64,000 nt of DNA from an uncultured delta proteobacterium (GTDB taxonomy: Bacteria; Myxococcota_A; Polyangia; Fen-1088), in contig CAVWIP010000002.1 in NCBI GenBank assembly GCA_963755125.1, forward strand, positions 175,944-239,943. The letters run 5' to 3'. Under the pieces are notes generated by a model, which saw only the letters and a list, made by a program, of their open reading frames with translations, was not told the origin of the DNA and searched no databases. Position 1 is the stretch's first letter; the number at the start of each line of letters is the position of its first letter. The position numbers and the translations under genes were made by a program. Positions 24,155 to 33,301 of this stretch are shown here, piece by piece.

Positions 24155-25317
24155 AGTGGCTCGAACAACATGGTGCCGACGACACGGAGAAATGGCTGGG
24201 CGAAGCCCTGAAGGCTGCGCGGCAGCGCACTGGGGACGAGGTGGCGCGCCGTCGGGTCTGGGCTCGGATCGAGGGCTTGCTGTCGGGCAATAACCTGCCG
24301 CTTCTGCGGGCAAGGTCGTTGGTGCTCCCGGCCCTGACCGGGGCACTGGTCGCACTCGGTGTGGTGGCTGCTCTCTGGATGGTTCCGGCCATGCGCCCTG
24401 CCCGTGCGCCTGTGGCCGCAAAGCGGGTCGCTCCGGCCGTCGCGTCGGCGCCGCAGCCTGGCCTGGTGGCTACCCGGGTTGTATCCCAGATTTCTTCGTC
24501 CGCGCCTGTGCGCACCGGTCGAGGCGAGAAAGCCCGCGTGGCATTGGTTGGTGGTACGGGAGTCGAACTGGACGCCAATTCTGTGCTGAGTTGGGACGCG
24601 GAACGCCGGCCTTCTGTCGAGCGCGGCCAGGCCCGGTTCGAGGTTCCCCATCAGGCGCCAGGCGCCAGGTTCGCGGTTTCCGCCGGTCCCTATGTGATTA
24701 GCGTGGTTGGGACCAAGTTCCACGTGGGCGTGGGCGACGATCGCGTTTCTGTGGAAGTCGAGGAAGGTGTCGTCGAAGTGTGGCGTGGCGCGCGCTCGGT
24801 TCGGCTGGTGGAAGGGGATTCGTGGGCTGGACCGATCCGCGGGTTGGCGCCTCCGGGCATCGAGCACCGGACATTCGTGCCGGGCACGACCTCGCGGCGG
24901 GCAGCTCTTGCGGACAGTCCGGCGCGGATCGAAAACGGTCCAGCGAGCGCGGAATTGACCGAGGCGCGGTCGGCGCTCAGCGAAGGCCGGACAGAAGAGG
25001 CGCTCGCCATGTTGACTCATTGCGCGAAGGGCGTGGGACCGGCCGCGGAAAATGCCGCCTACGAGATGGGCCGGGTCTTGCGTGATGGCCTGCATCGCCC
25101 TCAGGCCGCCGTCACCGCGTGGCTTGCGTACCGGACGCGCTTTCCCAACGGCTTGCTGCGGGCGGAGGCGGACCTGTCGATCCTGGAAACCCTGGCCAGG
25201 GTCGGCGACAAGGCCGCGGCGCTGGCTGAAGCGGAGTCTTTCTTGGCGCGCTATCCGAACAGTGAGCGTCGCGAGGAGGTGGCCAAGCTGGCTGCGAGGG
25301 TGCGCGGGGCACCGTGA
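24151..25317 (+). CDS. FecR-domain anti-sigma factor with C-terminal TPR-like helices
   Basis: ATGA overlap with the sigma stop; TM helix; VRTGRGEKARV...VVGTKFHV...VEVEEGVVEV FecR motifs; helical C-terminus (YRTRFPNG, FLARYPNS). Confidence 0.82.
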   Translation: MKWLEQHGADDTEKWLGEALKAARQRTGDEVARRRVWARIEGLLSGNNLPLLRARSLVLPALTGALVALGVVAALWMVPAMRPARAPVAAKRVAPAVASAPQPGLVATRVVSQISSSAPVRTGRGEKARVALVGGTGVELDANSVLSWDAERRPSVERGQARFEVPHQAPGARFAVSAGPYVISVVGTKFHVGVGDDRVSVEVEEGVVEVWRGARSVRLVEGDSWAGPIRGLAPPGIEHRTFVPGTTSRRAALADSPARIENGPASAELTEARSALSEGRTEEALAMLTHCAKGVGPAAENAAYEMGRVLRDGLHRPQAAVTAWLAYRTRFPNGLLRAEADLSILETLARVGDKAAALAEAESFLARYPNSERREEVAKLAARVRGAP

Positions 25318-26450
25318 GGACGACTGGGGCAGCGCGAACGATCCGGCCGAAAGGTCGAGGCACGGCGAGTGCCTCATGGCTGCCGGTTCTCGTCGGGTTG
25401 TCTTGCACGTATTCTGTCGGGCTCCCAGGGGCGGCGGTCGATGCAGGCGGAAGTCCTGCCGGGACGGGCGGAGTTCAAGGCTTGGATGCGTCCGTGGACC
25501 AGTCTGGCGCGGGTGACAGGCAACGGTCCTACCCACTCGATGGATGTGCGTACCCTCAGTACCTGAGGGTGCTCTCAAACACGGTCGAGATGATTGTTGC
25601 CCTCGACCGCTCCACCTCCATGCAACAGCATGTTTTCGACTCGACGACCAGGTTGCAGGCGGCTCAAGACGCCATCGTGGCGGCGACAGGCAATCATCCG
25701 GGCATTTGGTTCGGCCTCGAGCTGTTCCCCTCGTCGACAGACTGCAACGGGGCGTCGTGTTGTGCGGGCTCGGTGTCGGTTCAGCCCACGTTCAACCAGT
25801 CCACCAGCATCGAGACCCAGATGGCGTGCGGATCAGGTGATGCGGGCTGCCCGACCGCGGGTGATGATTCACCTTCTCCCTCGGCATTGCAGCAGTGCCG
25901 CGAGTATTTCGTTGCTGAGGGGTCGCAGGGAGGACGCTCGTCTCAGTTCGTGCTGCTGATGACCGATCAAGACCCAACCTGTGCGGCCGATTCTTTCGCG
26001 GATGGTACACCTTGCACCTCGGGGACGAACGAGGCTGGCAAGCTCGGGGCGAGGAACGTCGGCGTTCAGACCTTCGTCGTCGCGCTCAACGGCGACGCAC
26101 AGGCGACCACTTGCCTGGAAGGAATGGCAGCCGCCAACGCGTCCAGTTTCGGCGGCAACTTGCAGTTTTTCTCGGTGACGGATCAGCAGGGGCTGCAGAG
26201 CGCACTCGAAACCATCATGATCGCGGCGGAGGCGAACCTGTGCCGGTTTTCCTTGGTGCACCCGGCCGCCAATCCCTCTCAGGTGGTTGTCGTGGTCAAC
26301 GGCACGCCCGTGCAACCCGATCCCACCGGCCAGCAGGGATGGACATATTCCGACGCGACCTCAAGCGAGGTGGTGCTTTCCGGGGCCGCTTGTAGCCAGT
26401 GGCTATCCGGGGGCGCCAGCAGTCCCCAGGTGCTGGCCTGCTCGCAGTGA
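25314..26450 (+). CDS. vWA-domain lipoprotein
   Basis: GTGA overlap; lipobox VGLSC; MIDAS DRSTSM and LLMTD; multiple Cys. Confidence 0.78.
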   Translation: MRTTGAARTIRPKGRGTASASWLPVLVGLSCTYSVGLPGAAVDAGGSPAGTGGVQGLDASVDQSGAGDRQRSYPLDGCAYPQYLRVLSNTVEMIVALDRSTSMQQHVFDSTTRLQAAQDAIVAATGNHPGIWFGLELFPSSTDCNGASCCAGSVSVQPTFNQSTSIETQMACGSGDAGCPTAGDDSPSPSALQQCREYFVAEGSQGGRSSQFVLLMTDQDPTCAADSFADGTPCTSGTNEAGKLGARNVGVQTFVVALNGDAQATTCLEGMAAANASSFGGNLQFFSVTDQQGLQSALETIMIAAEANLCRFSLVHPAANPSQVVVVVNGTPVQPDPTGQQGWTYSDATSSEVVLSGAACSQWLSGGASSPQVLACSQ

Positions 26451-26474
26451 GACCGCCTACACGCCGTCTGAAGC

Positions 26475-27041
26475 TCAGGCGCGCCGGCGCAGCAAGTAGC
26501 GCAGCAAGGGCGCAGCGTGCAGGGCTTGGATCATGTCGCCGCTATCGATGAGGCCGGGGATTTCTGGCAGCGGCACAAGGTGAACGCGCAGATCCTCGGT
26601 CGCCTCGGGCTGGGCTCGGCCCAGCGCCATCACGCCTTCGGCAAGATAGGACGTGGTCAGGTTGTTCTGCAGGGCAGGGTTCGCCGACAGGCGGGTGAGC
26701 ACCGACCACTGACCGCCCCCGTATCCGGTTTCTTCGGCCAGTTCGCGCCGAGCCGCGGTCTCGACGTCCTCTCCCTCGTCGACCACTCCGGCCGGGATCT
26801 CGTAGTGAACGTCGCCCAACCCAGGACGGTACTGTCGGATCAAGACCACCCGATCATCCGCTGTCACAGCGACGACGTTGACCCAGGGCGGGTACTCCGA
26901 GATCCAGTAGTCGGCGATTTCTCGCCCGCTGGGCAGGCGAAAACGCTGGTGGCGGAGCACCAGCCAGGGCGGCTGGCGGAACAGATACTTGGTGTCCAGC
27001 GCCTGCCACGCCGTGGGGTCATCTGGAAACCGACGGGGCAA
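26475..27041 (-). CDS. NUDIX hydrolase (ADP-ribose pyrophosphatase-like)
   Basis: Nudix box GVVDEGEDVETAARRELAEETGY, RQYRP. Confidence 0.92.
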   Translation of the reverse strand: MPRRFPDDPTAWQALDTKYLFRQPPWLVLRHQRFRLPSGREIADYWISEYPPWVNVVAVTADDRVVLIRQYRPGLGDVHYEIPAGVVDEGEDVETAARRELAEETGYGGGQWSVLTRLSANPALQNNLTTSYLAEGVMALGRAQPEATEDLRVHLVPLPEIPGLIDSGDMIQALHAAPLLRYLLRRRA

Positions 27042-27270
27042 GGGCGACTACTCCTGCCCCGCGCGTCGAGCGGGAGTCGGGGTAGACAAGGCGATGGCGA
27101 ACTGATGCAGCACGGAAGTCAGTATTCAGGATCGCGCGGCTGGCGACAAGGCGTGAAGTAGCCGCTGCACCACCAATCTGACGAATTCCGTCGCCCGCGG
27201 CTGGCCGGACGCGAAGGCGCGCAGGCTATGGCGGCGAAGCGGTTTTCGAGTACGCTAACCGGTTGTTCCC

Positions 27271-28386
27271 GTGAGCGAAAAGCAAGATTACTATCAAGTG
27301 CTCGGCGTGTCCCGCCAGGCGGATGCGTCCGAGTTGAAGCGGGCCTACCGCAAGCTGGCCCTCGAGCTACATCCAGACCGGAACCTCGGCGACAAGGAGT
27401 CCGAGGCGCGCTTCAAAGAGGCGTCGGAGGCTTATCAAGTGCTGTCTGACCCCGAGAAGCGCGCGCTTTACGATCGCTACGGTCACGAGGGGCCACGCGG
27501 GAGCGGGTTCGGCGGTGGCTTCAGCGATGTGAGCGATATTTTCTCTGCCTTCTCCGACATTTTCGGCGATCTCTTTGGCGGTGGATTTGGTGGTGGTTCG
27601 GTTCGTGGGGCCAGACGGGGAGCCGACATAGAGACGCAGGTTGAACTGACACTGGCCGAGGTGGCGACCGGCGCGAGCAGGGAAGTCAAGGTGCAGAGGC
27701 GAGTCGTCTGCCAGGACTGCAGCGGATCGGGCGCTGCGCCGGGCACCTCGCGGGAGACCTGTCCGCAGTGTCGGGGGCGTGGTCAGGTCATGCACGCGCA
27801 GGGCTTCCTCATGATCTCCACGACCTGTCCTGCCTGTCGGGGCGACGGCTCGGTCGTGCGCAAGCCGTGTCCTTCGTGCCGGGGGAGTGGACTGCGGGTG
27901 ACGGATGAGAGTTTGCAAATCAACGTGCCCCAGGGCGTGGAGGACGGCTCCACCCTGCGGCTCTCTGGGCAGGGCGAGGGGGCACCAGGGGGCGGCCATG
28001 CGGGAAACCTGTATGTCCACATCCGGGTCGCGGATGATCCCCGTTTCGAGCGCGACGGTGCCGATCTGCACGCTGAGATCGCCGTCTCTTTTCCTCAGGC
28101 GGCGCTGGGGGCGACGCTGAAATCGCAATCTCTGGAGGGCGAGGTCGATGTGACGCTGGCGCCGGGGACACAACCGGGCGCGGCGGTGATTCTGCGGGGC
28201 CAGGGTTTGCCCCGCTTGCAGGAACGGGGCCGCGGCAACCTGATCGTGCACCTCAAACTGGTCGTGCCGGCGTCCCTTTCGCCCGAGCAGGAGGAAGCCC
28301 TGCGCGCTTTTGCCGCTGCTGGCGGTGAACAGGTCGAACCTCCGTCGGAGAAGCGCGGTCTGTTCGGCCGCCGCAAGAAGAACTGA
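27271..28386 (+). CDS. dnaJ: Chaperone DnaJ
   Basis: J-domain HPD, G/F region, four CxxCxGxG motifs. Confidence 0.96.
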   Translation: MSEKQDYYQVLGVSRQADASELKRAYRKLALELHPDRNLGDKESEARFKEASEAYQVLSDPEKRALYDRYGHEGPRGSGFGGGFSDVSDIFSAFSDIFGDLFGGGFGGGSVRGARRGADIETQVELTLAEVATGASREVKVQRRVVCQDCSGSGAAPGTSRETCPQCRGRGQVMHAQGFLMISTTCPACRGDGSVVRKPCPSCRGSGLRVTDESLQINVPQGVEDGSTLRLSGQGEGAPGGGHAGNLYVHIRVADDPRFERDGADLHAEIAVSFPQAALGATLKSQSLEGEVDVTLAPGTQPGAAVILRGQGLPRLQERGRGNLIVHLKLVVPASLSPEQEEALRAFAAAGGEQVEPPSEKRGLFGRRKKN

Positions 28387-30828
28387 CTACTTTCCCTTCT
28401 TGGCCTCGGCCTTCTTGCTTTCGGCCTTGGGTAGCGCGAAGGAAAGGAGAGGCACCGGGCGGTCGTGCTGGTAGAGCCAGGAATACGCGAACACCGAGGA
28501 CAGCACGCGCTTGGTGTAGTTGCGGGTCTCGTCATAGGGAATCGTCTCGAGGAACTCGTCCAGTTCCACAGGGCCGCGCTCATGCAGCCAGCGATCCACC
28601 GCGGCCTCTCCCGCGTTGTATCCGGCGATGGCCAGAGGAAGGGTTCTATCGAAGTGGTCCAGCAGAAAAGCCAGGAAGCGCGAGCCCACTTCCAGATTCT
28701 TGGCCGGGTCCAACAGGGATTCACGGGTCACGCGCCACTTGGCGAAGCGTTGAGCGGTACGCACCAGCATCTGGGTGAGCCCGAGGGCGTTGGCAAAGGA
28801 CTCCGCCCTTGGAGAAAACGCGCTCTCCTCGCGCATGATGGCGAGCTGCAGAGCCTCGGGCACGCGGTTGTCTTTGCTGTTCTTGCTCACCAGATCGGGG
28901 AAGGCACGCGGATACGCCAGGCGCCACTCGGCGTCGTGGCGCGCATCGGTCGGATACGACCAGCGGTATGAGGTGAGAGTGCTGCGGGGGATGGCGTGCG
29001 AGGCGCTCCACAGTCGGGCACGGTCGAGCAGGATCGCGGTGATCCAGTACCCGTCCTCTCGTGAAGGGGTCTTGCTGGCGCTTTGTGATTCCTGCGCGTG
29101 GTCGGAGAGCGCCAAGCCAAGACGGGCCAGTTCGCGGCGTGCGTCGCTGCCCAGGCCCAGACGGGCCAACTCAACCGCGCGCAGGAAGCCCGCTTCGGCA
29201 AAAAGGGGCTGGGGTCGAAAGTTCCACGCGGACTGTTTCTGTCCCGTCGAGAGAGGAGGTCGCAGCTCGCGCAAGAGATCGGCGCGCGCATGGGGGAAGC
29301 TGTGTCGCATTCGCTCGAGGGCGAACAGCGCATAGACCGAGAGAGGATACTCTCGTATTGCGCGCGCGTAGGCTTGCTGGGCCCGGCCCGTGGCGCCTTG
29401 CTTTTCAAAGATGCGACCCTTCCAGTAGTGGGCCCGCCCGGCGGCGTAGTAGATTTCCTCGCGCGGGAAGCGGCGAAGATCCTCGTCGAGCCAGTGCAGG
29501 GCCTTGCCCCAATCGCCCGCTCGCCAGGCCGCGAAGGCCAGGCGCCACAGGGCCTCACTCGCCACGTCGCCCTTGGGATAGCGGTCGGGCAGATCGCGCA
29601 GGCGCTGCTCGGCGCCATCATCGTCGCCCGCGTCGGCCAGCACCTCGGCCGCGCGCAAGCGAGCATCGTCCGCGAAGCGGTGCTCGGGAAACTCCGACTC
29701 GATGCGGGCGTACAGAGCGAGGGCCTTGTCGCGCTCGCCGGCTGAAGCCAGGCAACGCGCGCCCTGGTACAGCGAGCGCACCACCAGGTCGCGATTCTGC
29801 GCGCGCTGGCACGCGGTCTCGGCCTCGGCAAACAGCGGCGCCGCGCGCGTGCGCTGACGCTGCTTCCACACCGATTGGGCGCGGTGAAAGTGCGCCACGC
29901 ACTCGGTGGCGGCATCCAGTCCGGGCGCGGTCAAGGCTGCGGCAAAAGCTGCTTCGGACTGGGCGTTCTGGTTCTTGTCGAACAGGCCCATGCCACGCGT
30001 GGCCCATTCCTCGGCGCTGGGAGTCGCTAGCGTGGTCTTTTGCGCAGGTGCGGCTGTTTTGGCCAGAGCTTGCAAGTTCTCGTCGGCCCGCGCGGCCCAA
30101 GCTTCCAGCGGGGCTTCAGCCCAGATACGCCGTAGAACTGCGGCGATTTCCTCCACCGGGCGCTGCAATTGCTGCATGGCCTCGGCAAGGTGGAATTTGG
30201 CCTCGGCCCGGCGTGGCCCGGCCGGAAAACTGTCGAGAAAAGCCTTTGCCTCGCTCTCCACCTCGGACCAGCGTTTCCTCGCGCCCAAGGCATCGATCTT
30301 GACCAACACCGCCTCGGCCTCGGGCACCGTGTGGGAAGGCACACGCACCGCCCAGGCGAGCGCGCCTTCGGCATCGCCCCGGCGCAGCCGGCAGCGAGCC
30401 GCGTTGTAGGCGTGATAGGGAGCCAGTTCAGGGTAACTGGACCAGAGATCCTCGAAGAGATCGCCGGCAGCCTGCCAGGCGTTCAGATTCATGTGCGCCA
30501 GAGCCAGGAGAAAGCGCGCCTGGTTGCGCTCGGGTGCACGCCTGGGCATCGCGGCCAGTGCGCCGGCCAGTTGTTGCGCGGCCGTGGCAAAGTCGCCAGC
30601 ACGGAAGAGATCGGCTCCGGCGTGGGCTGGTCCAGATGCGAAGAATGGCTCGAGCCAGCGCTTGTCAAACGGAACAGGGGCTCGGGCGCTGGCTAGAGCG
30701 GTCTCCTCGCCACGCTCCTCGGTCACCGTCGCCTCTTCGCCCTCGGGTGGCTGCTCGGCGGCAAGGGCGATTCGGGGCAAGAAAAGGAGCGCCAGCATTA
30801 CGGCGCCCGAGAGTTTTTTCGTGGGCAC
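28387..30828 (-). CDS. Soluble lytic transglycosylase with TPR repeats
   Basis: Signal peptide, TPR helices, AIMREES, ALGLTQM, AGYNAG, ETRNYTKRV. Confidence 0.9.
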   Translation of the reverse strand: MPTKKLSGAVMLALLFLPRIALAAEQPPEGEEATVTEERGEETALASARAPVPFDKRWLEPFFASGPAHAGADLFRAGDFATAAQQLAGALAAMPRRAPERNQARFLLALAHMNLNAWQAAGDLFEDLWSSYPELAPYHAYNAARCRLRRGDAEGALAWAVRVPSHTVPEAEAVLVKIDALGARKRWSEVESEAKAFLDSFPAGPRRAEAKFHLAEAMQQLQRPVEEIAAVLRRIWAEAPLEAWAARADENLQALAKTAAPAQKTTLATPSAEEWATRGMGLFDKNQNAQSEAAFAAALTAPGLDAATECVAHFHRAQSVWKQRQRTRAAPLFAEAETACQRAQNRDLVVRSLYQGARCLASAGERDKALALYARIESEFPEHRFADDARLRAAEVLADAGDDDGAEQRLRDLPDRYPKGDVASEALWRLAFAAWRAGDWGKALHWLDEDLRRFPREEIYYAAGRAHYWKGRIFEKQGATGRAQQAYARAIREYPLSVYALFALERMRHSFPHARADLLRELRPPLSTGQKQSAWNFRPQPLFAEAGFLRAVELARLGLGSDARRELARLGLALSDHAQESQSASKTPSREDGYWITAILLDRARLWSASHAIPRSTLTSYRWSYPTDARHDAEWRLAYPRAFPDLVSKNSKDNRVPEALQLAIMREESAFSPRAESFANALGLTQMLVRTAQRFAKWRVTRESLLDPAKNLEVGSRFLAFLLDHFDRTLPLAIAGYNAGEAAVDRWLHERGPVELDEFLETIPYDETRNYTKRVLSSVFAYSWLYQHDRPVPLLSFALPKAESKKAEAKKGK

Positions 30829-30837
30829 TTTGGACCG

Positions 30838-31101
30838 CTAGGGCGCCTTGGCGGTCTCCAGGCCGGAGCTCTTGTCGAGCGTTTTGCGGTTCTCTATCTG
30901 CCGGATGGCCTGAAACTCGCCGGTGAGGCTGCTGATGCTCTGGTCAAGCAGGTTGATGTCATCTTCCAGCATGGCATTCTTCTGCTTGAGCAGGCGGAGG
31001 TCGTGACTCAGGCGCGCGACTGCCCACAGAATAATGAGCAGGTTGGGGACCAACGCGATGACGGTGACAGCCCCAACCTGGGGATCAAGAAAATGATTCA
31101 T
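30838..31101 (-). CDS. Small membrane-anchored coiled-coil protein (87 aa)
   Basis: ATG 31101 (MNHFLDPQ); one TM helix then a heptad pattern; fills the gap in a same-strand run. Confidence 0.6.
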   Translation of the reverse strand: MNHFLDPQVGAVTVIALVPNLLIILWAVARLSHDLRLLKQKNAMLEDDINLLDQSISSLTGEFQAIRQIENRKTLDKSSGLETAKAP

Positions 31102-31151
31102 CGGAGGTCCACCGGTGACAGTACACTCTTTCTCGACCCTTGGCCACCTGG

Positions 31152-32048
31152 CTACCGCCAGAGACACACACGATCGCGGCCCGTGCGCTTGGCCTCGTAC
31201 AGGGCATGATCCGCCGCCGCGACGAAGCCCTGGGCATCCACGATGCGGGGATCCGGGATGGTTGCAACCCCGGCGCTGACGGTGATGGGGATGTTGGTCC
31301 CGACGAACACGAACGGGTGGCCGGACACGGTTTGTCGCACCCGCTCGGCGATAATCCGGCCTTGCGTGATGTCGGCACCTCGACAAATGATGGAGAATTC
31401 CTCGCCGCCCACGCGCGCAAACACGTCTTCCACGCGCACGACGGCCTGCACGGCGGCGGCCATCTCCGCCAGGACGTAGTCGCCCGCCGGGTGGCCGTAA
31501 GTGTCATTGACCTCTTTGAAATGGTCGACGTCGAAGGTCACCAGCGCGAGGGGCGTCTTCTGCCGGAGCGAGTAGGCAAACTCGCTCTCCACGCGGTCGG
31601 TGAAGTACTTCTTGTTGAAGATCTTGGTCAAATCATCGCGCAGGGCCGATTCGTACATCTGGCGCTGGAAGGTCTCGTCCAAGTTGTCGTGGAAGGTGAA
31701 CTTCAGAACCGTTCCCGAACCCACCAGGATCTTGTCCCCATCCTCCAGTTCCTGGCGGTCGATGCGCGTGCCCCGGCAGAATGTCCCGTTGGTGGAGCCC
31801 AGGTCGTGCAGAACCGCCTTGTCGCTTTCCATGACGATCTCGCAGTGTTCGCGCGACACACCGTCGTCGACCATGCGAACCTGGGCTTTCTGGCCACGGC
31901 CGATGATGGTCCGCTCGCGGGTAAGCTTGTACATCTCGCCCATCGCGCTTCCAGCCAGCACGATCAGACAGGCGCAGTCGCGCTTCGAGGGAGCCCTGGC
32001 TGTTCCCGGGGGCTTTTCCTCCACGCGTGTGACGTCGTCCCAGGTCAC
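31152..32048 (-). CDS. FHA-domain diguanylate cyclase
   Basis: FHA (IIGRG, VSREH, DLGSTNGT) plus GGDEF domain (FKEVNDTYGHPAGD, RVEDVFARVGGEEF). Confidence 0.92.
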   Translation of the reverse strand: MTWDDVTRVEEKPPGTARAPSKRDCACLIVLAGSAMGEMYKLTRERTIIGRGQKAQVRMVDDGVSREHCEIVMESDKAVLHDLGSTNGTFCRGTRIDRQELEDGDKILVGSGTVLKFTFHDNLDETFQRQMYESALRDDLTKIFNKKYFTDRVESEFAYSLRQKTPLALVTFDVDHFKEVNDTYGHPAGDYVLAEMAAAVQAVVRVEDVFARVGGEEFSIICRGADITQGRIIAERVRQTVSGHPFVFVGTNIPITVSAGVATIPDPRIVDAQGFVAAADHALYEAKRTGRDRVCLWR

Positions 32049-32081
32049 GTTGAGTACCTAATGAATGCTATCATCAAAGTG

Positions 32082-32933
32082 CTAGCCGCCGACCAAGCGT
32101 TGGGCAAGGGCGCGCAATGGTTCGGCACGTCCGTCAAACGGGGAGAGAGCGTCAAGCGCGGTTTGGGTGAGCGCATGTAGGCGTTGGCTTGCCTGGGTTC
32201 GCGTGGCCACATTGTCTCCATCGGCAAGATCGTCGGCGTGCTGAAACGCCACGCCGAAGTGCATGCCGAATTGCGCCAACGCCTTCTCCTGCACTGGCCC
32301 TGCCTCTGCCACAGCCGCGCCGACTTCCAAGGCAGCTCGGAACAAGGCACCGGTCTTTTCGGCGGCGAGACGCTCTACCGCTTGCAGCGATTGAGTTTGC
32401 GGCTCCGCCAGATCGCGTGCCTGCCCACGCACCATCCCTGACATGCCGGCGCCCCTCGCCAGCGCGGCGACGGCACGCAAATAGCGCTGCGCCACCAGGG
32501 GATCGCCGGTCGAGGTCAGGGCGGCCGCGCCCGCCTCCGCCAGGAGTTCGAACGCGAGCGTCAACAAGGCGTCCCCGGCCAGGATGGCGGTGGCCTCGCC
32601 GAAAACCCTGTGATTGGTGGGCTGTCCACGGCGCAGGTCATCGTCGTCCATGGCCGGAAGGTCGTCGTGGATGAGCGAGTAGCAGTGAACCATCTCGACC
32701 GCCGCGGCAGCGAGGCGTATGGGTTCGTCGGGCTTGTGGCCAACCGCTTCGGCGGCAGCCAGCACGAGCAGGGGACGCAGCCGCTTGCCCGGTGCGAGCA
32801 GGGAGTAGCGCATGGCCTCGATCAGGCGACCTGGATCCTGGTCCGGCGCCACGGCAGCCAGCCGCGCGGCGAGCAGAGTATCGACCTCAGCACGCCGCGT
32901 TTGCAGCCAGGATTCCAGATCGAAGTCGCTCAC
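32082..32933 (-). CDS. ispA: Polyprenyl (farnesyl/geranylgeranyl) diphosphate synthase
   Basis: GKRLRP, IHDDLPAMDDDDLRRG, KTGAL, FQHADD. GTG 32933 overlaps the xseB stop. Confidence 0.92.
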   Translation of the reverse strand: MSDFDLESWLQTRRAEVDTLLAARLAAVAPDQDPGRLIEAMRYSLLAPGKRLRPLLVLAAAEAVGHKPDEPIRLAAAAVEMVHCYSLIHDDLPAMDDDDLRRGQPTNHRVFGEATAILAGDALLTLAFELLAEAGAAALTSTGDPLVAQRYLRAVAALARGAGMSGMVRGQARDLAEPQTQSLQAVERLAAEKTGALFRAALEVGAAVAEAGPVQEKALAQFGMHFGVAFQHADDLADGDNVATRTQASQRLHALTQTALDALSPFDGRAEPLRALAQRLVGG

Positions 32934-33199
32934 TCGTTCTCTTCGTGATCCGGTGGAGGCGCAAGAGGAGCCGTGCGGGGGCCGTCTTCCGTGGCCAACA
33001 GGACTTCCACCCGCTTTTCCGCTCGGTCGAGAAGGTCGGCGCCGCGGCCGCACAGGCGCATGCCCTCTTCGAAGCAACCCAGCCCTTCCTCGAGAGAGAG
33101 GTTGCCACCCTCCAGACGTTCGACCAGCACGCGCAGGCGTGCAAGGATCTCGTCGAACTTGACCGGGTCAGCGGTTGGCGGGGTCGCGCTCGGGGCCAT
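32930..33199 (-). CDS. xseB: Exodeoxyribonuclease VII small subunit
   Basis: FDEILARLRVLVERLEGGNLSLEEGLGCFEEG...AEKRVEVL; classical xseB-ispA linkage. Confidence 0.92.
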   Translation of the reverse strand: MAPSATPPTADPVKFDEILARLRVLVERLEGGNLSLEEGLGCFEEGMRLCGRGADLLDRAEKRVEVLLATEDGPRTAPLAPPPDHEENE

Positions 33200-33301
33200 G
33201 GAAGTATCCATTGTAGCAAGTTGCGCGGTGTCGGGAGTCTATTTTGGTCGCTCACCCAGCTACCAATCTTCGACAGGACTAGTGCTATCGTGCGTGCCAG
33301 C

